DNA from: Rotaria socialis
Lineage: Eukaryota
NCBI GenBank assembly: GCA_905331485.1
Contig: CAJNYT010000219.1
Span: 1-49,272, forward strand
DNA length: 49,272 nt
Direction of reading: 5' to 3'
The position numbers and the translations under genes are program-made. Under the pieces are notes generated by a model. It saw only the letters and a program-made list of their open reading frames with translations, had not been told where the DNA came from and did no database searches. Positions 36,101-48,315 of the stretch are shown here, one piece after another (position 1 is the stretch's first letter; each line of letters begins with the position of its first letter).

Positions 36101-38538
36101 CTATCGGTATTGTCGATGAAAAAGTTGAATTCAGTTTCAAAGCATCGATTCGAATGCCCTATAAAATAACGAAATTATTTTCCCCAACACATCATCTACG
36201 TCGGAAAGTAACCGATTGTATAGCTATGATTGAACTTGTTGATAATGTCTTAATTGATCAAGATTTTATTCTTTCGATCACACTCAACAGTCCTAATTTA
36301 CCTCGAATAGCAAATGAAACATTGCCATTGGATGGCAACAGTGAAACAACTGACACATCGAACAGCCATCAATCTCAAACATGTATGCTTACCTTTTATC
36401 CACGATTCGAAACATTGACGACTTCGAAAGAACAAGTTGAAATTATTTTCATTGTTGATCTATCAAATTCAATGGATGGCAGTCACGTACAGCAAGCTAA
36501 ACAGTTAGCTCATTTGTTTCTTACGAATTTGAAAGTTGAAGATGAGAATACATATTTTAATGTAATTACTTTTGGATCAGGTAATAAGATGATATTCTAC
36601 AGCGTTATTGCGCATTCAAAACACTATAACGCTTTCAAAATATCATTTGATTTTGATGAAATTTCGCACACAGAATCGTCTCATCAATATTTCGAGCAAG
36701 TTCGAGGATGACAATGATTCGCAGTGGGTTATACTAAAAAATGCCATTATTTCCTTCGTTTTCTCTATGGGAACATTGGCCTATCCAGGTTACGTGGACG
36801 CACTTTTTGGTCCTCTAGTACTATATTATGAAAATCAATTGAAATATTATAGTGAAGTATATTAAGTCATACACAAAGGTAAGCTATCTCAGCTTGGTTT
36901 CTGAGATTCAGAAACAGGCACCTAAATATTACAAGATTTTGCACAGTCACGAAGATCTAATGGATCGCCTTGACCCATGCGACGTGATATATACCGTTCG
37001 ATAGAGAATTTTACGGGCTAAAAAAATGATCAGTCTAGATAATTAGGCTGGGTCATCGTAATCAGCCGAGTTACTTTTTGAAGTACATATAGTATTAGGA
37101 TCTACATTTATTTTACTATTGAAATTGCAACTATTTAGATAACGATGAATGTTTTCCTATGTCAGCACCAACTACAAAAGAAAATCTCGATAAAGCCAAA
37201 CACTTTGTTCTAGTTAGTAGTTTATTTTTTGAATCTGATTTTTCTATTGAAATATCCGTTTTCATAAATTCTAGCATTCACGTGTCCATCGTGGTAATAC
37301 GGATCTATTTGCTGTCCTTCAACGTTATTCGTTATTACGATCGTCGTTATCGTCGAAATTTGGCCGTCAAATCGTTCTTTTATCCGATGGACATATTCAC
37401 GACCTCAATTCAATTCTGGCTCTACTCAAACATCGACCAACTATGCGTCGTGATCGTTTGTTTACATGCTCAATTGGTAATGTTGCAAACAAACATGTTT
37501 TGAAACAGTTAGCTAATGGAGCAAATGGAGGTGGTCTAACAATAGTATTCGATTCAAACTATCGATCGAAGTGGAAAACAAAAGTATTTAACATCCTCGA
37601 ACAGATTCGACAACCGTGTGTAACAAATATATCAATCGACTGGCATGGCTGTTTGAATAAAGAGCAAAAACTCAATATGCAAGCACCGAAAAAGATTCGA
37701 TCTTTGTTCAATGGAATGCGACTTACTGTTTATCGATTCATAGAAAATTGTCACAAGGCAACATTGGCGGCTACTATTGACGAACAAGAATTTGTTACGA
37801 CTGTATTTAGTAGTGCAATGACAACGACCAGAGGACGTATTTTACACTGTCTAACCACTCGAGCGATTATTGATGATTATGACAACGGGCTATTGGATGT
37901 CGACGAGAGCGAAAACGAATTGATCAAAGTTCAATACAAACGAGATCTCATCGATCTCAGCATCAAACATTCTGTTGTCAGTAAATACACTAGTTTTGTT
38001 GCCATCGAAGAACGTGATGTCAACACGGATATAAAAACTGTTCAACCAGGTTAGTAAAATAATAGCAGAAAAGCAAAAATTTATCTGTATGTTTCTTACA
38101 CTATGGATCAAAAATCTTACTAGCACCAAAATTGAAGTATCTACATCACTATTGAAACATGTACTCTCTGTTATAGGTGTTCGTTTGCTTGAAGTTATGC
38201 TGGAACGCGATGTTGACTTACTACCATGCATGGGATGGGATGGTGATGTTTCAAATTTGACTTCAATCAAACAGAAATTGGCCGATGCGCGTATTTCACT
38301 GGAATGTGCATCGATTCAGGGCAAAAAAGAAACAATTGTTGATATTGAAAAACTTTGTCAAAAAGTTTCCTATCGAGCAGGTGGTGATGCGAAATTTGCT
38401 ATCATGATGGCTATCATACGCACATATCGACATTCATTGAATGATTACGATAAAGCAGATGAACTAAAAGATAAAATGCAAAAGGGTATGCTAATTGATC
38501 TAGGACCAAAATCTACATATATCGAATTTAAAAAATGA
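33101..38538 (+). CDS. Vault-PARP (PARP4)-like multi-exon gene: BRCT - PARP catalytic - VIT - vWA, at least 10 exons with 45-75 nt introns
   Basis: BRCT-like exon 33101-33313 continues as '...YKIRRAKRLGLPVVNVEYVHKC'. PARP signature exons follow: 'ALKCHIETVASSTFDFKNIAKLIQ', 'QWQLFHGSKYVNFLGILSR', and after a 60-nt intron 'GLVMPK...GYGIYFSDSASTSLKY...LLCICQVALGES...EGFINYD'. The VIT domain reads '...AQIVDVT|VVLYQVYHNTSSIPIEAKYVFPLDENSTVCGFEAHINNKVIKGVVKEKEQAKREY'. vWA reads 'EIIFIVDLSNSMDG...NVITFGSG', and the exon from ~37274 gives '...IVLLSDGHIHDLNS...RLFTCSIGNVANKHVLKQLANGANGG' (VWA5A/ITIH-like). Exact exon borders were not all resolved. Confidence 0.7.
34514..35378 (+). CDS. PARP catalytic-core exons of the PARP4-like gene (H-Y-E type)
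   Basis: H-G-S in 'LFHGS', G-x-G-I-Y-F in 'GYGIYFS', and an E in 'SEMLEGFINYD' corresponding to the NEYIVYD block. Donor GTAAAA after 'tcacg' and acceptor 'cgtacgtttag' (60-nt intron) keep the frame. Confidence 0.65.
35683..36711 (+). CDS. VIT domain plus the first half of the vWA domain (largest exon of the PARP4-like gene; 3' border may be the GTAATAAG donor at ~36581)
   Basis: The VIT consensus is reproduced. The vWA MIDAS-type 'DLSNSMDG' is followed by '...ITFGSG'. Confidence 0.65.
   Translation: MFLSNEKVVLYQVYHNTSSIPIEAKYVFPLDENSTVCGFEAHINNKVIKGVVKEKEQAKREYREAIEKGHGAYLMHQEEAQVFSVAVGNLPAHTEVIIKIIYVAELEIENDDIIFRLPAKMTSWQSKKAVETKDQSILRSIGIVDEKVEFSFKASIRMPYKITKLFSPTHHLRRKVTDCIAMIELVDNVLIDQDFILSITLNSPNLPRIANETLPLDGNSETTDTSNSHQSQTCMLTFYPRFETLTTSKEQVEIIFIVDLSNSMDGSHVQQAKQLAHLFLTNLKVEDENTYFNVITFGSGNKMIFYSVIAHSKHYNAFKISFDFDEISHTESSHQYFEQVRG
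37274..38054 (+). CDS. Distal vWA-domain exon of the PARP4-like gene
   Basis: The open frame from 37275 aligns with VWA5A '...LFVFTDGEVTDT...FSFGIGEGTS...LIKGIARASGG'. A probable acceptor 'ttctag' lies at ~37268-37273. Confidence 0.6.
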
Positions 38539-39770
38539 ATAGATATAATGACCGAAATGATTAGTGCAACCGTAGAAGAACGGCAAGCATTACAGCAACA
38601 ATGTCTAGCGAACAATTTAATAATCACAAATGACGAATTGTAAGTGAAAGAAAGGAAAGAAACATTTAAAAATTATTTCGTGTATCCTTTCTCTTGCAGC
38701 GGATCATTAATTAACTACGATGGTAAGAGGGAAACTCGGTCATTCTACTTCGGAAACGGTGGTAGAAAGCTTCGGTGAAGTGACATTAAATGGAACCACT
38801 TGGATGTTTTGAAAGAATTATATAGTCTAAATTTAAACCCCGACCTATACTGAGTAGAACATGTTAAGATCATCACAATGAATACCGCGTTGAAAACGTG
38901 TAGGTGGTTTTCAGAGAAATGTTTATATTTCATTTTCATAGATTTGATTCGTATGCTTGGAGCTGGTTCCAAGGATTTAACAACAGTTGAACAAATGGAT
39001 AAGGTAAGAAAGCTAGTTATACAATGATGATAAGCACCCGATTTTATTAATGAATTATTTATATCAACAGCAACATAAAACCTCTCAACAATACCTTAAA
39101 ACCAATTTCCAACTACAGATAACATGAAGATAAAGGTGCGTGAGTGAAAGAGGGATCATCACCACAGCTACACCTTGACTGGCAAACAAATTTTCCTATA
39201 AGGGTCTTTCGTTCGCAGTAAACGTATCTCCAAAATACTTTATGCAGCTGAGTTGATATTGATTCCGATGCTAAGCCGTTGTTGTAGAAAGAGTATGGTA
39301 AACAATAGAGCACAAAACATCAAACTGCGGGCGATTCGTGGGTGGTGCCAAAATCAACAAAGAATCTATATTGACGTCAGATAAATCTTTCGCTACAAAA
39401 TACACATGTTTCAGGATAATATTAAATAAAAGGCAGCATTGATAGTGCTTAGATGTAATTATTGATCTGTGAAGTAACATGATTTAGTGATTAAAAGCAA
39501 AATTGAGCTTTATTCAGGGTAATCTTATATAAAAATCTGATGGTTTTTCTCAAAACTGGTGTAAATATTTGAAAGGGAAAAAGGAACAGTTTATTAAGAA
39601 AAGGATGGCTTTGATTGATATAAATACAAGATGTATGTATTTCGAAAGAAGAGACTTCACATTCACAACATGTCTCTATAGAGAAACAATCAACTTCTTT
39701 TAAGAGATCTATTGATTCCTTGCTGATACAAGGTCTTCCGGACTATAAGCATAATAAATCAAATAGGAAT

Positions 39771-39826
39771 GGGGTGTGGGTGTGGGTATGTCTTTTTCAG
39801 CGCATGCCGACACCCACATCCACACC
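39771..39826. repeat. Inverted telomeric-repeat module just upstream of the calmodulin-like exons
   Basis: ggggtgtgggtgtgggtatg ... cgacacccacatccacacc. Confidence 0.85.
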
Positions 39827-39968
39827 TTCAATTTAATCTGCTTTAAGTATTTGTTAAATTTTCAATAACAACAATTCCTGTTGAAATTTTATTATTATGA
39901 TATCAGTTGAATAGGGATGAAACGGCATAGAAAAACTGTTGTGTACCCCTAAGTATTATTCATTTTAG

Positions 39969-41675
<1,707 letters not shown>

Positions 41676-42479
41676 GTAAGATCAAACAAAGATCTATTTA
41701 AAGAACAATGTACAGGTTTCTTCGATAACTAGCGTTCGTCCAATCAGAGTATTCCAGCTTGGAATCTAAACCAATTACGGGTTTTCAGTGTTGGATTTCT
41801 GACGAATAAGATTTCGGCTGTTTGAAATTTCAGTTGTTGAAACGTCTTCAGGAAAAAACAAACGACAATTTCACAGCGACGTTTCACTAGCGTAAACATA
41901 AAGCATCTTATTTATAGATATATGTGCCTTTGCCTGCTTACTGTCAGGTACCTATTGAGGACTCTTACATCATAAATCCGGTAATTGTTTTCAGTTAGCG
42001 AAACACGAATATGTTTGGTTGTGAATACGGGAGAATAAGTTATTGTGAAAGTAACATTCAACATGGGGATTCCATTAATAAAAAAAACTCCACTTTAACG
42101 CAGTTTTATAGCAAGACCGAGAAAAGAATTGTGTGCATATTTGAAGCAGAGATGGCCATGGCTTGAGTTCGTAAATTTTGAACCGAAGCGAAACTGAGAG
42201 AAATTCAAGTAGAGCTAAACGACTAGCTGTTTCATTTCAGTTCAAAAATAGCTCAAAATTAAAAAAAAGATATGCATCAAGATACAGGAAACCACAGATA
42301 GATTTCATCTGAATTATAAAACATAGTCAAGTTAGCCTATTTTCCACCATCTTGATGCCTTCTAGCAGTTTTCAGAAAACTGTTTTCTCAGATGACTTCG
42401 AAGAAGGAAAAATTGAGTATAATCCACGTAAGTACCATTCATATCTCATTTGATAGAGTATATAGCGGTAGTAAAAATC

Positions 42480-42740
42480 TCAAAAGCGCTTTGGTCCATG
42501 ACTTTTGAAAAGTTATACCCCTTTTAGTGAATTTTTGACCTATTCCTAGGTATGCACTAAAAAGATAAAATTAAGCAATTTCGATCTGAAACTTTGCCCT
42601 CGGATTAGTCTAAGAACCCTTAGAATATCGTGAAAGTTTCAGATCGAACTTGCTTAATTTGATTTTTTTAATAAATATCTAGGAATAGGTCAAAAAATGC
42701 AGTGAAAGGACCATAAATTTTGAAGAAAGAGCCATGGGTC
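42480..42740. repeat. ~260-bp foldback / MITE-like palindrome
   Basis: 'gacctattcctaggtatgcactaaaaagataaaattaagcaatttcgatctgaaactttgccc' versus its reverse complement at 42633-42700. The outer 'ggtccatgacttttgaaaag...' arms are also mirrored. Confidence 0.7.
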
Positions 42741-43740
42741 GAAACCATTGTGGGCTTTTTACAAATATACTTTTAGCATGATAATATATTCAAAATATCA
42801 GCTTCAACTATTTTTTCAGGGACATATATGGATTATTCTTATATCGAATTGTTTTTTGACATATGAGATTTGTAGATTGGCATGATGTAGACATTTAATT
42901 TAGCACTGGAGTATCTGTGATAATGTTTTATAGTTTATTGCAGCTGTAGTCAGCGAGGAAGAGTAATTAATTTGATGTAATGGTTTGGTTTTTTATTAAA
43001 AATGAATAATTTATGTGTCACTTCTCTAGACAGTAGTATTTTTTAGCATGGCAACTACCAGAATTCCGATCGAAAATAAGTGGTTTGCAACAAGAATCAT
43101 TAGAGGAATATGAAAAGGCTGATTCAGATAAGGGCAAGGGCACTGACGCTGGCGATGGCAATAGTTTCAGTGGCGATTTACCTTCGCTTCGGTTTACAGA
43201 CACTCGTGGGCCTTCGCCGATGAGTCATGATTTTCCCACTTGGAAGACCACTCTAGATAATGGAAATGAACGCTTAAAAGAACCGACTGGTCTTAATATA
43301 TTTTCGAAATTAGAAGATCAACCGGTACCAATATCTACTGTTTATAACAAACTGGCAGGAAAGAAGAAGAGAGGTAAGGTCATCATTATTATCAAGCTTA
43401 TTACATTATATCCGTTATAGGGTCATTGTCTGCGCCACTATCAGGGCTATCACTCGAACCGCCTCCAAAACAATCAAGTAAGATTTGAATAATAGATTGT
43501 TTGTATACGATCAAGAGTTCCGAATGTTGTACACTTATTTCCGAGAAGAAAACAGCAATTTATGAATTTGATTGAGTTTTAGTGATTTTTGCCCGATATT
43601 TTAAATTCAGAGTTACTGAGACTCCATCGAGTTTACAAAAAGTAATTAAAAGTTAGAAATGTTATGTTTCGACTACTGTCACTGATAAGTAATATTCGTG
43701 TTCTTATTCATATTATTGCTAACCTTTCCCTAACGAAAGT

Positions 43741-45178
43741 TTGAAGTTTACAAGTTCAGAAAATTACCTTTACATGAATGTGAATAACGGTGAATCTTCC
43801 TGTTACGTATATCTACCCTTACATTCGCACTCTCTTAAATATTTTTGCTGGAGTAGAAAGAACGATGGTAAGAAATTGAGCTATCAAAGTGCGGCACCCT
43901 TATTAGTTTGTTGCCAGCTGTGCACATTAAACATGCTACGTTCTGATTTGCTATCCATGTTAGGCGTTGAATTGGCAGAACCATTCGATTTTTACGGCCT
44001 TATCACTGATACTTCTGCATGGGCTTCTCTTTCTTTTCCCAAGCCACTGTCACCAGACATATCATGTCGAACAATATCATCCTGCACTAATGACAGCTAT
44101 ATGCCATCTCCAATAGCATTAAAACCGAACCCAAGTGTTGGTAAGTTAGAACCACATAAATTTCTCGATTACTTTAATTAATGGATCATGAACATAGAAC
44201 CATCTTTAGAAATGTCGTCATTTGGTGGTAGACACGATAGCATACAAGTTGCTACAAGTGAATCAAAAAGCTCGGAAGAAGCGAATATGTCAACGAAAAA
44301 ATCAGTTCGATACACTAAAGTACGTACATTAAAATGCAAGTTTTACAGAAACATCATCCAATTTTAGGAGCACCGATATGACGATAGAACGATAGACTTT
44401 GCACGTGAAAGTGCGCAACCAAAATCCACGATTTGTAAACAGACAAGAGAATTAGAGACGTGAGTTTTAAAAGGCTTGACGAGGATATGCAATGATTCGT
44501 TATTGATTGTCATTTTCGATCGATGGCTCTTTCTTTTTAATGATAACGAAATGAAAATTTAGATTTATGAAAATTTAGATTTCGAAGACAATTTGCACTT
44601 AATTTAACGTCCAACATATCTGTCTGTAATCTACTTCTTCTGGACGTATGCCCACTTGGTCTGGGCATCGAAGATATTAAGGGTGAGATGCATACATTGG
44701 TACGCCGTAATACAGTTATTCCAACGCGAACTCAACTTTATCCTATATTCACAAATGCTTATGCCTATCAGGCAACAGCTACCATTCGAATATTTGAAGG
44801 TGAACATTATCTCACAAAATACAATGTATATAGTGTTCTAACTTCATAAATTTTATTTTCTAATCGTCCTCTATTGCAGAGATTATTGGGCGAGTTTAGT
44901 CTTCCTGGTCTAACAAGCAACTTCTCTGCTCAGACACTCGAAATAGCTATTCGTATGGATATTGATGCTAATGGGATACTTCATGTCGATGCTGAAGAAG
45001 CACGTTCGGGCGCGAAAGCTTCGTTTATTCTTGGATCTGATCAGCAAAGTTCGACAATTACTCAGATATTTCATACCATCGCTAAATGCCTTTTATATTT
45101 ATCTAGGATTGAGCAAAAATGATATTGAGCGACATATTGCATATGTAGAAAGTGATGCAAATGTTGCAGCTAAATCTG
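43741..45178 (+). CDS. Divergent Hsp70-family protein (NBD subdomain IIB through SBD-beta and lid start), multi-exon
   Basis: The NBD-like exon ending at 44140 contains '...LLSMLGVELAEPFDFYGLITDTSAWASL' (Hsp70 '[20 protein letters not shown]'). The SBD exon ~44590-44825 reads 'NLLLLDVCPLGLGIEDIKGEMHTLVRRNTVIPTRTQLYPIFTNAYAYQATATIRIFEGEHYLTKYN'. Exon 44880-45048 reads 'RLLGEFSLPGL...LEIAIRMDIDANGILHVDAEEARSGAKASFILGSDQQ'. Exon 45107-45178 reads '(R)LSKNDIERHIAYVESDANVAAKSG'. All junctions are in phase. The N-terminal ATPase exons were not recognised. Confidence 0.55.
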
Positions 45179-45835
45179 GTTAGTGTGTAAAAAGGATAAA
45201 TGATGTTCAATTATTGTTATTTTGTAGTTCATGATCACAAACCCAATGATCGATTGTATTTAGTTCGTATTATGTCATCTTTTCATAGTTCGATTGTTCA
45301 CTTTTTCTGTTTTTTCTCAGCTGGCTGGCCAAATTACATCTGTAATACGTGACTTTTCTGGTGAACTTATAACATCATTCGGTAATTTGTCCTTCGTTGT
45401 TGTTTGAAAGATATAGCGAAAATGGTGTATGAATTCAGGTCAAACAATTGGTGCTCCACTTCTCATTCAACTGAAAAATGTTCGATTTTCAAAAACGTTA
45501 ACTGAAGAGCTCATCAAAATTCAATCTGAGGTAATTGATACTATTTTCAAGTCTTATTACCAAATCATTGTTTTGCATTTGATTCGAACATAGGACGGTT
45601 CATTTACGTTGAATAAAGATTTAGCTGATATACTTCATGTCAATGTTGATATTTTCGATGGCCTAGAACAATACTTACGCGCACTAGGTTTTAACTCGCT
45701 CGGTAAGATCGTAAGATTTATTATAGAGATATGACCTTTAATTTTTTTTTAGCTTTGAACACACAAAATGAAATTCTTCGTTTAATTGGTACAGGTGTCA
45801 TTCTGTTTTGGCTCGCTCTTCAAATGCAAGACTCA

Positions 45836-46031
45836 CCACAAAACACGTGTCCATTTTTATTTAACATTGAACAAATCAAAGTGAATTGATTTTTTCCAAT
45901 CTTTGCAATTTATATCCTACTCTCTTTATGTTGCCACAAAACACGTGTCCATTTTTATTTAACATTGAACAAATCAAAGTGAATTGATTTTTTCCAATCT
46001 TTGCAATTTATATCCTACTCTCTTTATGTTG
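45836..46031. repeat. Perfect tandem duplication, 2 x 98 bp
   Basis: 'ccacaaaacacgtgtccatttttatttaacattgaacaaatcaaagtgaattgattttttccaatctttgcaatttatatcctactctctttatgttg' occurs twice, head to tail, with no mismatch seen. Confidence 0.85.
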
Positions 46032-46667
46032 CTAAGGCTTTTCTCTGCAATCATTTATCTGCTAACACAAGTGAAAAACTTGACAAAGCGATCGGATTCT
46101 ATCAACAAATAAGTCAACGTAATCGTATCTATTGTAAACAATTAGAATTGAGCGATTCATCATGGGACATGTTTATTCAACGTATAGTTATCGGCATCGA
46201 TCATGGCGATAACTAAAAATTGATTTTCAGTGCCATCGATTGTTTTAATAATTTAACCATTACACTTTTATTATTCTAATCATGAATCACATCGATATTG
46301 TTTATTCTTGAGCACAAAAAAAAGCAAAGCATTCAAGCGTGCCGGTGGAAATGTGTGAGGGTAATAGTAAACATAAGGCGTACATCCTCATGTTTTTCAT
46401 GAGTCAGGTGTTGGAAAAAGTAGTTGCAAGAATCCTCAGTGCAAATTTTGGCGCGTTAGTAATTATGCTTGGCTTACGACTAAGAGGCATTGCACGTAAG
46501 CCACGACCAATTGCCACAGAACGTTGCTCAATGAATTTCACTGATTTGAGTGATCTTTTTACTGTGGGTAGATACCATAAAGTTATGGAGAGTCCCAAAA
46601 TTTCAACTCAAACGAATAAGCCGTTCCCGAAATATGAGTTTTGAAAATATGGAAATTTCAAAAAAAG

Positions 46668-46765
46668 GGGTGCGTGTGTGGATATTCCTGTAATTTGTTG
46701 TCACACCGAAACGCACGCTCCAGGCCCCCGACACACACCCGTCTACGCACCCGTCTACGCACCCA
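46668..46765. repeat. Degenerate inverted telomeric-repeat module inside a GC-rich island; contains an 11-bp tandem duplication (acccgtctacgc x2)
   Basis: ggggtgcgtgtgtgg ... cgacacacacccgtctacgcacccgtctacgcaccc. Confidence 0.55.
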
Positions 46766-48315
46766 AAACCCATACTCCGGTATGTTTCCGACAGGAATAC
46801 TGATTGCATCTTACGGGAATCTTTTCAGTAGGAATCAGCCGAAAAAGACGATGTTACCGGCGGGCCCCCGCCGGATTCTGTCAGAGAAATCATCGGCTTG
46901 TGTTTATTCACTCTGTAAATTGTCTTCTTTGCACACATGCATATACCTATAAGACTGTTTCTCGTTCCTTGTGATGAAATCATTTTCTGTTAGCATAATA
47001 ATCAAACGCTTTGGCGCTCTCCGCATCCAAATACAACACAGATTTTGTGTGATTTTTGCATGTGAGGTATCATCTTATTTCATGACCATGGTGAAAGTAT
47101 GCAAGGGTGTGTGAGTGTGGTGCAGGGTGGTCAGATCTTCTGAAAACCAGGGAAAATTTCTAAATTTTGAACATGTTCCTGATTATTTCTGAATTTGAAA
47201 TATTTTCAGATCGCTGCTTTGTCACTGAAATTAGGTACGATTATAACCCATTACTATAATAAATCAATTGCGTTTGATCAATTTTCTGTTTTAATCATCT
47301 TTTTATTCCTCGTTCAAATTCTGGAGTCGAATTGATTTTCGGTTATATGAAGCATTTATAGTTCGATTATCGTAATCTAGTAATACAAGTAACGCTCGTC
47401 GCTGTGCGATTCGCTTAACCCTCGACTGAAGAGTTTAAAGCAAGAATATATTATTCAATCTTACCCGGAAGAACTTTAACAATATCAAAGTACCGAATCT
47501 CCTCTACCACAATTATGTTATAGTTGACTTTCAAAACGTCCGCAGCTTCAAATGATAGTAATATCTGGATATAAAATTGATACGTTGCGCTAACATTTTG
47601 ATTAGATAAAGTCTTACAAAGATATATATCATAAAATTCTGATTTTCATATCACGATGGTCACAACAATATCTTGAAATGCTCTGAGATTTTTAATATGA
47701 AAACAATGTGTCTGTCAACACAAACTTATTCAGAATATGATACAGCGACCATTCATACTAGCGTTAGTTGATAAAGCCATTTGCCAAGACAAATATTATT
47801 CTATGGGGCAAATAATGAACTGAAAGAAGTTGATTCCAATTATCAGAAGTGGATATGGTTCTCCAGGGCTAGTTCGAATGTATAGCCAGAACACATGTAT
47901 ACCAAAATATTAGCTAAAAATGTACTTAAGATGAAACATGATTTCATTGTCGAATTTATGGGCCATCCTAGTCACATAGTACCATAAAATGATTTAATTA
48001 GAAGTATAAGATGGTATTGTAGCAGAGTGTGTTTATTCGTGAAATTCGATAACTAATCATGAATTACAAAGATATTAAATTTATAATGAAAAAAAGGAAT
48101 ATGGGATGAATATATAGAACAAAAGTAGTACCTGAATATTTCGCATATCATTTCATATGACGATAAAAAAAAGGAGACTACAGCTAATACATGCAATACG
48201 AGCAACAAAGTATAGTCAAATGTATAGATCATAGAGTAACTAATATAGAAAAGAAAATCATATACATAAAAATTGACACAAACTAGAGCAGTTTTCATGC
48301 AAAGCAGAAAAGATG

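Noticed and set aside
41676-42100. Candidate final calmodulin exon after acceptors at ~41775, ~41832 and ~41997
   Set aside because: None of the in-phase continuations ('VLDF*', 'VVETSSGKNKRQ...', 'VSETRICLVVNTGE*') resembles the conserved 'DGQVNYEEFV' EF-hand 4. The last exon remains unlocated.
46150-46216. 'RIVIGIDHGDN' resembling the Hsp70 N-terminal 'AVGIDLGTT' phosphate-binding motif
   Set aside because: It is followed directly by a stop with no donor site. It lies downstream of the Hsp70-like SBD exons, not upstream. The motif match is partial (H for L, DN for TT). Probably coincidence.
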